A stretch of DNA of 64,000 bases, taken from contig NW_004798290.1 in NCBI RefSeq assembly GCF_000002075.1, forward strand, positions 4,906-68,905, read 5' to 3'. Made by a program: the position numbers and the translations under genes. This document shows, in pieces, positions 37,700 through 49,926 of this stretch (the first letter of the stretch is position 1; each line of letters starts with the position of its first letter). Source of the stretch: Aplysia californica (lineage: Eukaryota). The notes below the pieces were generated by a model that was not told where the DNA came from, ran no database searches, and saw nothing but the letters and a program-made list of their open reading frames with translations.

Positions 37700-38990
37700 G
37701 TCCACTGTCGGATGTAACTCTTGGACAACCACCTCCACTCTATTTGTCAGCTTTTTCCGTGTCCAGGTTGCACCCTCTGTCCTCCTCATTCGGGTCTACC
37801 TCTAGATCTTTTTCCTGTTCTTTGTCTCCATTCGGTAAATTTTTTGTCCATCNNNNNNNNNNNNNNNNNNNNNNNNNNNNNNNNNNNNNNNNNNNNNNNN
37901 NNNNNNNNNNNNNNNNNNNNNNNNNNNNNNNNNNNNNNNNNNNNNNNNNNNNCTTTGTGGACTTTAACGCCCACTTTTAGGTTTTGATATTTATGATATT
38001 TCAGTTAATGTCCATAATTTGTTGTTCATAGTGCCAGACCGTGGGCGAATCTTACGTCTTCCGGGTGTTCTCTATTAATTAAAATTCCTTTACTGAAAGT
38101 TTCCTTTTTGAACATAATATCTTTGATTGCTGTTGTGAATAATCTGGGTGATATGGGGTCTCCTTGTCTCAATCCTTTTTCTATTGTTAATTTTTCTGAC
38201 TCGTGATTGTCAAGATGAATTATAGCTGACCCTGGATGTTTATCAAGAATGGAATTATGTCTTGTTAATGTTCATGTTCTTGGATCTTCAAAAATTGCAA
38301 AGTGATCGATGGAGTCAAAGGCTTTTTCATAATCAATGAAACCAACACAAAGCAGTAGATTGTACTCGCAGCATTATTCCGTTACTTGATTCAATGATGT
38401 AGATGGCCTGTTGTTGAGTATACTTTTCTAGATCCAGCCTGTTCTCTTTGAGCACTCTCATCTTTTTACTCTAGAGTCCCCTTGTAAACAGTTCATCATG
38501 TCGAGACAGTCAACTTATATTTATGGTCTACAGTTCTTTACGTTTCTTATGTTTCGCCTTTCATACAAGATTTATATTGCTGCTTCTTGCCAATATTCAG
38601 ATATTGTAGGAGTCTGTAACGTTTTATTGAATGCTTTAGTTCTAGAATGTTCTCGTAGTTTGAACTTGACATTGTGTGTAAGTCGTCAGTCACCCTGTCA
38701 TAGCAAGGCGCTCTCTTTCATACCTCTTTTCAGAGCAAGTTCTATTTCTTCTTTTTTAAGGGAGCATTTCTTCGATGTGTTCACTTGTTTTCAGAATTGT
38801 TTTTGGTGAGGTCAGTGATGTTTGTTACGGCTTTTTCTAGAAGTCTACACATACACCTGGTGTCTCCTCCCAATCGGAGGTTACTTCACCAGTTGTTTCT
38901 AACATGCTTGTGAATTTCTTTCGGCATCCGTGTTTGTATATATCATTAGGTCCTTTACCACTTTTTATTTTTTGTTCGATCTTTTCGAGT
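37700..38990 (-). mobile_element. Decayed RTE LINE immediately 3' of CYP B
   Basis: GKRSRGRP; GLRQGDPISPRLF; FIDYEKAFDSI on the minus strand; duplicated at 55560-56519. Confidence 0.75.
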
Positions 38991-39019
38991 ATAATTATAC
39001 ATGTTACATGAATATCGTG

Positions 39020-39240
39020 GGGTCGGTGGGCTAGTGGTCAGGCTAACAGAATCTCAATCGTGAGATTGCTGGCCCGGGGGTTCGAGCCTCAGTTCAGTCC
39101 GACGTTGTGTCCTTGGGAAAGACACTTTACACGAATTTCCAACTTGACTCGGTCCTTTGGGAAAAGGACGTTAAACTTGGAGGTCCCGCCTCTATAATAA
39201 CCTAACAGTGTTGATAGGGCGTTCAACTTTTACCATTTCA
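39020..39240 (+). mobile_element. tRNA-derived SINE with CORE-like and V-like modules
   Basis: A box tgggctagtgg, B box gttcgagcct; tgtgtccttgggaaagacactttac (CORE-like); ggacgttaaac..gaggtccc (V-like); tail gtgttgatagggcgtt. Confidence 0.7.
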
Positions 39241-40058
39241 CCATTGTCACATAGATATCTCTCTATCAACTCTGTGTGTGTGTGTCTCTCTCTCACTCTC
39301 TCTCTCTCTCTCTCACTCTCTCTCTCTCTCTCTCTNNNNNNNNNNNNNNNNNNNNNNNNNNNNNNNNNNNNNNNNNNNNNNNNNNNNNNNNNNNNNNNNN
39401 NNNNNNNNNNNNNNNNNNNNNNNNNNNNNNNNNNNNNNNNNNNNNNNNNNNNNNNNNNNNNNNNNNNNNNNNNNNNNNNNNNNNNNNNNNNNNNNNNNNN
39501 NNNNNNNNNNNNNNNNNNGCACGCTCTCCCACGGCGAAGCACGACTAACAGAGCTAGTCCCATATTTTCATTTCCCATATCCTTCTGTTAAATCCTCCCC
39601 CCCGGGGGGGGGCGGGCGCCCTTCGTTTTCTCTTTTTTCGGTGTATATGTGTGTGTTTTTTTTTTCCCCCCCCCAAGATACCCTGGGGGTGGGGGTCTCT
39701 CTTTGGGGGGGTTCGACAGATATCTCTATCTCTGTTCCCGTACGCCCACACGGGGGCCTTTCAAGAGGGNNNNNNNNNNNNNNNNNNNNNNNNNNNNNNN
39801 NNNNNNNNNNNNNNNNNNNNNNNNNNNNNNNNNNNNNNNNNNNNNNNNNNNNNNNNNNNNNNNNNNNNNNNNNNNNNNNNNNNNNNNNNNNNNNNNNNNN
39901 NNNNNNNNNNNNNNNNNNNNNNNNNNNNNNNNNNNNNNNNNNNNNNNNNNNNNNNNNNNNNNNNNNNNNNNNNNNNNNNNNNNNNNNNNNNNNNNNNNNN
40001 NNNNNNNNNNNNNNNNNNNNNNNNNNNNNNNNNNNNNNNNNNNNNNNNNNNNNNNNNN

Positions 40059-41138
40059 AAAAGAGAACAGATTGAATCCTGTATGGGGATATTGTATTTC
40101 ACTGTTTCTAGAAGATGAGAAAATGGCAAGGACGTGTCTTTAAAAAATCAGACGACTGTGGTAAAATGTCTAGGCTGTTCATCGTTGCTCGTTAAAGACA
40201 AGAGTTCCATTCCTGTGTTAGGAAGCTTATATTACTGAGTGCTTCCATCTGTCTGTTAGGATGTGCCAAGCCCGGGTTAGCGCTGACAGTTGTAGTCAGA
40301 GCCTTCCGCCTAATTAGTAACCTAAATTGTGTTGTTAGAGGCTGAAAACATGTAGAGTAAAGCATCCTACAAGGAGAAAACGAATGGTCCGTGTATTTGG
40401 GAGTCCTTCCTCTCCACGACAAACGCCAGAAGTGGTGGAATGTTCGGTAAGGCCATACAGTCGACCAGAAGTTCCAGATGACCTAACCCAAANNNNNNNN
40501 NNNNNNNNNNNNNNNNNNNNNNNNNNNNNNNNNNNNNNNNNNNNNNNNNNNNNNNNNNNNNNNNNNNNNNNNNNNNNNNNNNNNNNNNNNNNNNNNNNNN
40601 NNNNNNNNNNNNNNNNNNNNNNNTTTAAAAATAAATGTACATGCATTATGTATCTTTTCTTGCTGCTATATTTACGTTTCTTTTGTTTCTTTATTTGTTT
40701 GATTTTTTGTTGTTGTTGTTGTTGTTGTTTTCAACATTAGAATTTGAATCTCAGTCAAATATTTCTCAATCACATGCAATCGTTAAGAGAAATGAAGAAA
40801 CTGCAATAAAACATATTTAAACATTTGGGGCCTGGGACTACTATACAGTCTACAATAATATGATCTGCTCTGTCGGTTGTTTCAATAGGCAAGACGAGAA
40901 TTATGATAGATTCAAACAAGGAACTGTCATGGCTTTCAGTCTTTGCTCTCTATTAAAGAAAAACACTTTGCTCCTTCTGCGCACATTGGACGTGCAAACG
41001 AAAGTCAAAGCACTAGTCTCGCTTAAGTCAAGTGTCGTGAACAATATTTTTCCCTCTTGCCCTTCATTTAGTCCCAAACAGAGTCGAATGCTGCTCTCTG
41101 TAGTAAACAAGAATTATGTGAGAGTTCTCAGGCTTGGG

Positions 41139-41196
<58 letters not shown>

Positions 41197-41247
41197 GTGG
41201 AAAACTCAAGTCTATGGTTATTTCCGAATGCTTGAGCTCAATTCTCT
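40059..41247. repeat. 3' flank of CYP C, duplicated at ~42516-43547
   Basis: Colinear high identity; this copy has an expanded (AT)n at ~41143-41193. Confidence 0.9.
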
Positions 41248-42388
41248 TTACGTCTGACAAGTTTTGGCCTCTCCTTTGAGTCTGGGTTCCATTCGGCACT
41301 TGTATTCGTCTGGAGAAATCACTGCCTGTATTTTCCAGTCCCGTGGATGCACAGACGGGAGCGGGTCATCAACGGGGGGCAAAAACCGATACTTCTGAAG
41401 CAAAGTGACCACGATGAAAAAGACGCGAATCCTTGCAAAACTTTCACCAGGACAAGATCTTTTCCCAGTTCCAAAAGGAATAAGCTTCTGTCGTGTGGGA
41501 TGTTCTGGGTCGAGGAGTTGACCTTCAGAGTCCAGGAACCTCTCTGGTTTGAACTTCCAGGGGTCTTCAAAGGCGTCATCTCTATGGTGGAAGTAAAAGG
41601 CGTTCAGGATAAGAAAAGTACCTTTAGGAATGAAATGTCCCTCAAAATGAATGTCCCCATTGGCGTAGTGAGGTAGCAGAAGAGGTACGACTGAGGAATA
41701 TCTCAAGGTCTCCAGGATAGCTGCTTCTGTGTAATGCATGTGGCGTTTGTGGTCAAAGCTGGGGCTTTCATCTCCTATCACTTCACAGATCTCTGCATGT
41801 ATGCGGTCCTGAAGCTTTTGGTCCACCACTAACTGCAAAAACAATGTTTTCAATGTCGCTACCGTTGTGGCATAGGCAGCAGCAGCGATGTCCTGGACTA
41901 AACCAATGATTAATTCATCAGGCATTTCGGAGGCGTTTCCTTTCTCCTTTAGCTCTGCCTGTTGGTCTAACATGTCAGTAACTATACCAGTTCTTTCCCC
42001 TTTCTGGTAGGTTTCTCGAATAGCCAGAAAAAATCTCTGTCTCATCACTTCTTGGGCGACTTTTAGATCACCCACAAGCTTCTTCAGGCCTAGTCCAGGG
42101 ATGTGAGGCGCAAAAGGAACTGTTTCTAAGACTACTTCCTTTTCAAAAATGAAACACTCATTTGTTCTATCGATATACTCAAGCATAGCATCTAAATCTT
42201 TTTCACACGTCTCCGGTCCTTTGAGTAGAAGCGCGACTACCCACCGAATGTATCGAGCAAGCTCTATCGATATAGGTATGTCTCCTTCATACTGAGTCAG
42301 GCGATGACACAGTTCTTTGGACGTTGTTTTCATCAGTGTTTCAAAGTTGTGGACGCCTTGGCCATAAAACTTTAGAACTTGATGAAAG
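41248..42388 (-). CDS. Cytochrome P450 paralog C, C-terminal ~379 codons (5' part is at 49509-49926)
   Basis: FHQVLKFY...DIAAAAYATT...FGTGKRSCPG...CQT*; open frame up to the gap. Confidence 0.88.
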
Positions 42389-43547
42389 NNNNNNNNNNNN
42401 NNNNNNNNNNNNNNNNNNNNNNNNNNNNNNNNNNNNNNNNNNNNNNNNNNNNNNNNNNNNNNNNNNNNNNNNNNNNNNNNNNNNNNNNAGAGAGAGTAAT
42501 TCATATGTCTACACAAAAGAGAACAGATCGAATCCTGTATGGGGATATTGTATTTCACTGCTTCGAGAAAATGAAAAAATGGCAAGGATGTATCTTTAAA
42601 AAATCAGACGACTATGGTAAAATGTCTAGGCTGTTCATCGTTGCTCGTTAAAGACAAGAGTTCCATTCCTGCGTTAGGAAGCTTATCTTATTGAGTGCTT
42701 CCATCTGTCAGTTGGGATGTGCCAAGCCCGGGTTCGCGCTGACAGGTGTGGTCAGGGACTTCCGCCTATTTAGGGATCTGAATTGTGTTGTTAGAGGCTG
42801 AAAAATGTAGAGTAAAGCATCATACAAGGAGAAAACGAATGGTCCATGGACTCGGGAGTCCTTCCTCTCCACGACAAACGCCGGAAGTGCTGGAATTTCC
42901 GGTAAGGTATTACGGTCTACCAGCTGCTCCAGTTGACCAAACCCAGCACCAAACGTCCTCAGGAGAGAGAGAGAAGTGTTTTGTTTTTTTAAATAAATGT
43001 ACATGCATTATGTATCTTTTCTTGCTGCTATGTTTAAGTTTCTTTTGTTTCTTTGTTTCTTTCCTTTTTTGTTGTTTTCAACATTAGAATTTGAATGTCC
43101 ACCAAATATTTCTCGATCACATGCAATCGATAAGAGAAATAAAGAAATTACATTAAAAATAGTTAAACATTTGGGGCCTGGGACTACTATACAGTCTACA
43201 ATAAATTGATCTGCCCTGTCGGTTGTTTCAATAGACAAGACGTGAATTATGATATATTCAAACAAGGCACTGTCATGGCTTTCAGTCTTTGCTCTCTATT
43301 AAAGAAAAACACTTTGCTCCTTCTGCGCACATTGGACGTGCAAACGAAAGTCAAAGCACTAGTCTCGCTTAAGTCAAGTGTCGTGAACAATATTTTTCCC
43401 TCTTGCCCTTCATTTAGTCCCAAACAGAGTCGAATGCTGCTCTCTGTAGTAAACAAGAATTATGTGAGAGTTCTCAGGCTTGGGTATTATATACATGTGG
43501 ATAACTCAAGTCTATGGTTAATTCCGAATGCTTGAGCTCAGTTCTCA

Positions 43548-45080
43548 TTACGTCTGACAAGTACCGGCCTCTCCTTTGAGTCTGGGTTCCATTCGGCACT
43601 TGTATTCGTCTGGAGAAATCACTGCCTGTATTTTCCAGTCCCGTGGATGCACAGACGGGAGCGGGTCATCAACGGGGGGCAAAAACCGATACTTCTGAAG
43701 CAAAGTGACCACGATGAAAAAGACGCGAATCCTCGCAAAACTTTCACCAGGACAAGCTCTTTTCCCAGTCCCAAAAGGAATAAGCTTCTGTCGTGTGGGA
43801 TGTTCTGGGTCGAGGAGTTGACCTTCAGAGTCCAGGAACCTCTCTGGTTTGAACTTCCAGGGGTCTTCAAAGGCGTCATCTCTATGGTGGAAGTAAAAGG
43901 CGTTCAGGATAAGAAAAGTACCTTTAGGAATGAAATGTCCCTCAAAATGAATGTCCCCACAGGCGTAATGAGGCAGCAGAAGAGGTACGACTGAGGAATA
44001 TCTCAAGGTCTCCAGGATAGCTGCTTCTGTGTACGGCATGTGGCGTTTGTGTTCAAAGCTGGGGCTTTCATCTCCTATCACTTCACAGATCTCTGCATGT
44101 ATGCGGTCCTGAAGCTTTTGGTCCACCACTATCTGCAAAAATAATGTTTTCAATGTCGCTACCGTTGTGGCATAGGCAGCTGCGGCGATATCCTGGACTA
44201 AACCAATGATTAATTCATCAGGCATTTCGGAGGCGTTTCCTTTCTCCTTTAGCTCTGTCTGCTGGTCTAACATGTCAGTAACTATACCAGTTCTTTCCCC
44301 TTTCTGGTAGGTTTCTCGAATAGCCAGAAAAAATCTCTGTCTCATCACTTCTTGGGCGACTTTTAGATCACCCACAAGCTTCTTCAGGCCTAGTCCAGGG
44401 ATATGAGGCGCAAAAGGAACTGTTTCTAAGACTACTTCCTTTTCAAAAATGAAACACTCATTTGTTCTATCGATATACTCAAGCATAGCATCTAAATCTT
44501 GTTCACACGTCTCCGGTCCTTTGAGTAGAAGCGCGACTACCCACCGAATGTATCGAGCAAGCTCTATCGATATAGGTATGTCTCCTTCATACTGAGTCAG
44601 GCGATGGCACAGTTCTTTGGACGTTGATTTCATCAGTGTTTCAAAGTTGTGGACACCTTGGCCATAAAACTTTAGTACTTGATGAAAGATTTTCCTTCTC
44701 TTGAACAAGTCTTTTCCATAACGGCCAAGCAAAATGTCTTGAGAGTCATAAAAGAAAACTCTTCCCATGAACGTGGGCGGTCTGTCGTTGGAGACTTCTC
44801 TTGTGCTCGGATCGCACACAAGTTTACGCGCGAGCCTCGAACTATTGACGAAAACTACTTGACGTAACAGCGTGTTCACCGACACGATATCGCCGTACTG
44901 GTCCGCCCACTTTGCTGCCGTCAGATGGAGAGAATCATGACGCATACTTTGCAGAAAGTCCCACAGACCTTGAAGAATGGATGGACCAGGAACCGTTGTA
45001 GGTTTTCGATTTTTGATTTTTGACCCAATCAGGAATATCGCAGCTAGGACCACGAGAGCTATCAGGTACTCGGAGATCAT
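43548..45080 (-). CDS. Cytochrome P450 paralog D, intronless CDS, 510 aa
   Basis: TM anchor, PGP, DIAAAAYATT, ETLR, PERF, FGTGKRACPG. Confidence 0.96.
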   Translation of the reverse strand: MISEYLIALVVLAAIFLIGSKIKNRKPTTVPGPSILQGLWDFLQSMRHDSLHLTAAKWADQYGDIVSVNTLLRQVVFVNSSRLARKLVCDPSTREVSNDRPPTFMGRVFFYDSQDILLGRYGKDLFKRRKIFHQVLKFYGQGVHNFETLMKSTSKELCHRLTQYEGDIPISIELARYIRWVVALLLKGPETCEQDLDAMLEYIDRTNECFIFEKEVVLETVPFAPHIPGLGLKKLVGDLKVAQEVMRQRFFLAIRETYQKGERTGIVTDMLDQQTELKEKGNASEMPDELIIGLVQDIAAAAYATTVATLKTLFLQIVVDQKLQDRIHAEICEVIGDESPSFEHKRHMPYTEAAILETLRYSSVVPLLLPHYACGDIHFEGHFIPKGTFLILNAFYFHHRDDAFEDPWKFKPERFLDSEGQLLDPEHPTRQKLIPFGTGKRACPGESFARIRVFFIVVTLLQKYRFLPPVDDPLPSVHPRDWKIQAVISPDEYKCRMEPRLKGEAGTCQT

Positions 45081-45489
45081 CGTGACAGTGAGAGACCTGA
45101 GAAAAAAGGGAAAATATCATGATAATGAGAATTCCTATATTTTTTCTCTTACTACTGTAGGTGCACAATTGACAAAGGAAAGAATGGAATGTCCCAATTA
45201 TTTTGAACTTTGAGGACTTTTAAAAAGCCTTTGACAGATTTGATCGAACGGCCCTGAGGAAAATTCTTTCAATTTATGGCATCCCAACGAACACAATAAA
45301 CTGTATACCAAAGCAAGCCACTGTGTCCTGGTTGAAGGAGAACCATCTACACCCTGTGAAGTAGATTCTGGTGTTAGACAAAGCTGCATACTATCACCTG
45401 CACTTTTGGGAGGTGTGGTCGATTTTGTAATGAGACAGAGTAAATACATTGCAACAATCATTGGATGGGCAACTGGCATATATTTTGGA

Positions 45490-46265
45490 GATTTTGATTA
45501 TACGGATGACATCATGAAACACGGCAGTACTTGAAATGCATTTTTAAAAAAATGAATAAGCAAGAGCTGCAGAAAACGTGGGCCTTGCAATAAATTTGTC
45601 CAAAACAGAAGTGCTGCTATCATCACCAAAAACTACTCCCATCACTCTCTATGGAGAACCTCTTGCAGAAATCAGTAAATTCAAGTACCTTGGCAGCATA
45701 ATTCCAAAACTGCAGACTGCCTTGACAACGTCCACTAAAGACTTAAATATGCATGGGTCCCTTTTGTTAAATCAGAAAACATCTGAAAGTCAATTATCAT
45801 TTTAATGAAGACGAAATTAAAAATCTATAATAAAATGTTTTGGCCGTACTGGTGTATGTATTAGAGATACGAAGAACAACACAATTCAGTGGAAATCAAA
45901 AAGCTTCCAAACAAAACGTAAACGAAGAATTTTACCAATAAAAAGTAAAGAATTAATTACAAATAATGACGTGTTGGAAAGAGTCGGAATTGAAGATATC
46001 AACAAAACCATAAAAGATGGAGATATTTAGGACATGTTCTATGAACGACAAAGACAAGATTGCTCTATGAGACTTGGTATTGGAGAGTAGCTAGAAAAAG
46101 AACAAGAGGTAGACCTACTGAGAATTACAGAGGCACAATTAGGGATGAGGAAATCACCCAAGGCCTGGCGTGTAGAGATTGTAGAAGGTGATCGGGGACG
46201 GGCAAGTGTGGTGCCAATTGCTCTCTGCGTTCTGTACCTGACGGTATTGCCAGAGTAAGTAAGCT
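45490..46265 (+). mobile_element. RTE LINE 3' fragment
   Basis: DFDYTDD, GLAINLSKTE, FKYLGS; gtaa tail. Confidence 0.75.
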
Positions 46266-46499
46266 CACAGAAAGAGATTACTTTTACCATGTATGAAACT
46301 TAAAACAGTGGGTGAAAGGGCAGTAATGCATCATGGCTCCAAGAATTGAAACGCTTTGCCCAGTAGTTTAAGAGCGATGACATCTTTATATCCATTCAAC
46401 TGTCAGCTAAGTCAATTCTGTTCTTCAACCTGAGGTGAGCACAGTATGAATGTCATCATCATGGTGGACCAACTGAAGGTCCTTTACTGAGTTTGCATT

Positions 46500-47025
46500 T
46501 TAACAGTGACATCGGCGTGTCTAGTGTTACTAACATTTTCTCCTTTCGCATTGAGGTCTTGACTTTCTTATTTTTGAGGATTGTTTCACTGGAAATTCTT
46601 TTAAAGTCATGGTGTCATTATCCATCCTTGCCCAACTCCTCCTTTAATCTTCTCATATCCCTTGTACTCTTCCTCAATTCTCACAGCAGTTTTTCATCTC
46701 CAGTGCGAATTTCTGATAATTCTCAAATATGTTGCATGTGTTTAGCTCTTCCAAAATAGTAAATAGCACGTCACGTCTAAGTTTATCAAACCCTTAGGGT
46801 ACTCAGTGAAGCATAATAAATATTGATATTTCGCCTCTTCAATGTATCTTTCCATTCACATTGTTCATATACAATGTGAATATTGCATTGCTTCTAGCCT
46901 TCTTAGGAACAAATCCGAATTGAGTTTTCCATATCTCTGGCCGTAGACTTTTCCTCATTCTTTCCATTAGTTTTCGCAGCCAGGTTTGTATACACTGACT
47001 TTTAAGGCTTATTGTTCGATGCAAC
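46500..47025 (-). mobile_element. RTE LINE RT fragment
   Basis: RTISL...RMRKSLRPEIWKTQFGFVPKK..NAIF. Confidence 0.65.
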
Positions 47026-48164
47026 AAATCGAATAGATCATTTTTGAATTAGAAAGAAATTCAGAACACCTCTAATTGATGTCTGCACATATAGAAGGGC
47101 TGAGGTTGGATCGGACCATTTCCTCTGCATTGCAACTATCAAACTCAAACTAAAAAGACAAGTGAAGACAGACACCAAAAAACGCTTTGCTTCAACAAAA
47201 CTGAGAATTTAGAATAAAACTTTCGAACAAACACTGGTGTAAGACAAGGCTATATATTATCAACTGTACTTTTGTGATCGATTTTGTAATGAGACAGAGT
47301 AACTACATTGAAACAGACAATGGGCAAATGGCACATATTTGGGAAATCTAGATTTAGCGGATGACATCTGCCTATTAAACACCACAGTACATGAAGTGCA
47401 ATCAAAACAGACGAACTAGCAAAAGTGGCAGAAAAGGTTGGCCTTATAATAAATGTATCCAAAACAGAAATACTACGACTGTCATCAGCAAGTACGCCCA
47501 TCACTCTTTATGGAGAACCTCTAGCAGAAGTGAGTAAATTCAAGTACCTTGGCAGCATTATGTCCAAAAATGTAGACTGCCTTGACGATGTCCACCAAAG
47601 ACTTAAAAATGCATTGATCACTTTTGTGAAATTTAAAACTATATGAAAGTCAAAGATCATTTCATTGAAGACGAAATTAAAAAGATGTAATAGCAATATT
47701 TCGGCTGTATTGACGCGTGACGTATGGTTCAGAGATAAGGAAAGCACATTACATTTCAACGAACAATAAAAAGCTTCCAAACAAAATGTCTACGGAGAAT
47801 TTTACTAATAAAATGGAATGAATTTATTACAAATAATGAAGTGTTGGAAAGAGCTGGAATTGAATATATCAGCACAACAATTATAATAAAAAAGAGAAAA
47901 TGGGGATGTCTGGGACATGTTCTGAGAATACCAAAGACGAGATTGCTCTATCGGATATGGCATTGGAAACCAACTGGAAAGAGAAAGCGGGGAAGACCAA
48001 TTATAAACTGTAGAGGCACAATGAGAGATGAGGCAATCACCCAGGGCCTAGATGTGCCGAAATCGGAGAAAGTGGCTCGGGACAGACAAGCGTGGCGTCG
48101 ACTGCTTTCCGCCTAATGTACCTGACGGTATAGGGAGAGAGTAAGTAAATTTGTAAGTACGTAA
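47026..48164 (+). mobile_element. RTE LINE insertion (5'-truncated, internally deleted) with 12-bp TSD
   Basis: TSD gttcgatgcaac (47014-47025) / gttcgatgtaac (48165-48176); empty site at 50119-50130; (gtaa)n tail. Confidence 0.88.
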
Positions 48165-49330
48165 GTTCGATGTAACGTACCCTCTGTTGCACATGGTGTT
48201 TTTTGTAAGGCATTATACAACTGAATTAATCTTATTTCCTAATAACCGTAGAGCTGTCATAGATACAATCTGAGATCGTTGTTGCTAATTCAGGACCCAT
48301 CTGTGCTATACAACAACTTCAACTTGAATATATATTCAGGCCCTGGAGATTTTCTGTTTCAGTATCTTAGTGACAGGTTGTGCATTTTCTTTAAAAATTG
48401 GTGGTCCGTTAATTGAGAAGCTATTCTGTCTCTTCTGACAATGTTTAAAACATCCCTTTTGTCCATTTAAAATATTTTCTTCTTTTTCATTTCTTAACAC
48501 TGATCAATATGTTGATAATACAAACCGTTCAATCCAAGGGAAGTAAGCAAAGAAACGAACACAAACACCGTAGTAACGACAACAATCAACTTCACAAATC
48601 CAGGTCACAATGTTTGGAGGACCTAGTTTACCTCACTTGAATACAAAGAAAATCGGTCACAGAAGTCAGCGTGAAAGCAGTACGTGTGCAAACTGTTCTA
48701 TATTTTGTCCTTCATAATGGAAGGCATTCTTAGTGTTTTTAGTGGACATGATAAGCTACATACCTCGGTACGTTGCCAGAGTGTCCTATCTGCAAATGTA
48801 TTGTTTAAAGAAACGCTCATTTGAAATTGTGGTAGGAGCTGAAGCGAGGTGGTGGAAAAAGTGCAGAATTAGTTCTAAAAGCTTTCCTGTCCATTTTGGG
48901 AGATTTGACGAACTTGAAAAGAAAGAAGGGGCACTCGTTTCCAGTTTAAAGTCTCAATATTTGCATGTAGAACATAGCTGCTCTTTACTGGCAATTCTGT
49001 CGTGGCGACTTCATATTCTTTGAAACAAGTGTCAATGAAATAGGCAAAGGACCAAAAAGGCTATATAAATGCAATTATTATTATTATTGTTCGGACCATA
49101 CAGTGAAGGGTTTTTCATCTGCCACCACGGCGCACGTAATAAATCAAATACACAGATACATGTGCAGTAACAGCAGGGAACAAATCATATAAAACGTCAA
49201 GAGTTAAAAGCGCTGAAGCCAAAGAAGATGACTGCAACCTGCGTACATCCACAGGTGGAAAGGAAGGTTTTAAATAGGCTCAAATTGTGGCAAACATGTA
49301 TTTCTCTGCCAGGATTGGTTTCATTGCCCA
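48165..49330. repeat. Upstream region of CYP D, duplicated at ~50119-52090 (upstream of CYP C)
   Basis: Colinear homology interrupted by two TIR elements in the second copy. Confidence 0.88.
48630..48705 (-). promoter_or_regulatory. Candidate TATA-like box, short non-coding exon 1 and splice donor (also at 50571-50645)
   Basis: Minus strand: aaaatataga...ttcaa|GTGAG|GTAAAC (GTAAG|GTAAAC in the second copy); motif evidence only. Confidence 0.25.
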
Positions 49331-49508
49331 ATGCAGACGCATTCTTCTTGTGGTTAATATAATTATTATTATTACTATTAACATTATTGTTCTTTTTATT
49401 ATTGTTATNNNNNNNNNNNNNNNNNNNNNNNNNNNNNNNNNNNNNNNNNNNNNNNNNNNNNNNNNNNNNNNNNNNNNNNNNNNNNNNNNNNNNNNNNNNN
49501 NNNNNNNN

Positions 49509-49926
49509 CATAAAACTTTAGAACTTGATGAAAGATTTTTCTTCTCTTGAACAAGTCTTTTCCATAACGGCCCATCAAAATGTCTTGAGAGTCATAAAAG
49601 AAAACTCTTCCCATGAACGTGGGCGGTCTGTCGTTGGAGACTTCTCTTGTGCTTGGATCACACACAAGTTTACGAGCGAGCCTCGAACTATTGACGAAAA
49701 CTACTTGACGTAACAGCGTGTTCACCGACACGATATCGCCGTACTGGTCAGCCCACTTTGCTGCCGTCAGATGGAGAGAATCATGACGCATACTTTGCAG
49801 AAAGTCCCACAGACCTTGCAGCAAGGACGGGCCTGGAACGGTGGTAGGTTTTCGATTTTTGAATTTTGACCCAATCAGGAATATCGCAGCTAGGACCACG
49901 AGAGCTATCAGGTATTCGGAGATCAT
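49509..49926 (-). CDS. Cytochrome P450 paralog C, N-terminal 139 codons
   Basis: MISEYLIAL...HQVLKFY to the gap; 26-bp exact overlap with 42363-42388. Confidence 0.88.

Noticed and set aside
39519-39769. GC-run-rich island between gaps
   Set aside because: Looks like poor-quality read sequence
42389-42585. N-terminus of the 445-aa ORF
   Set aside because: Read-through of an N gap into the non-coding 3' flank of CYP D
43548-43565. C-terminal CaaX prenylation motif (TCQT / SCST)
   Set aside because: The Cys is third from the end, not fourth
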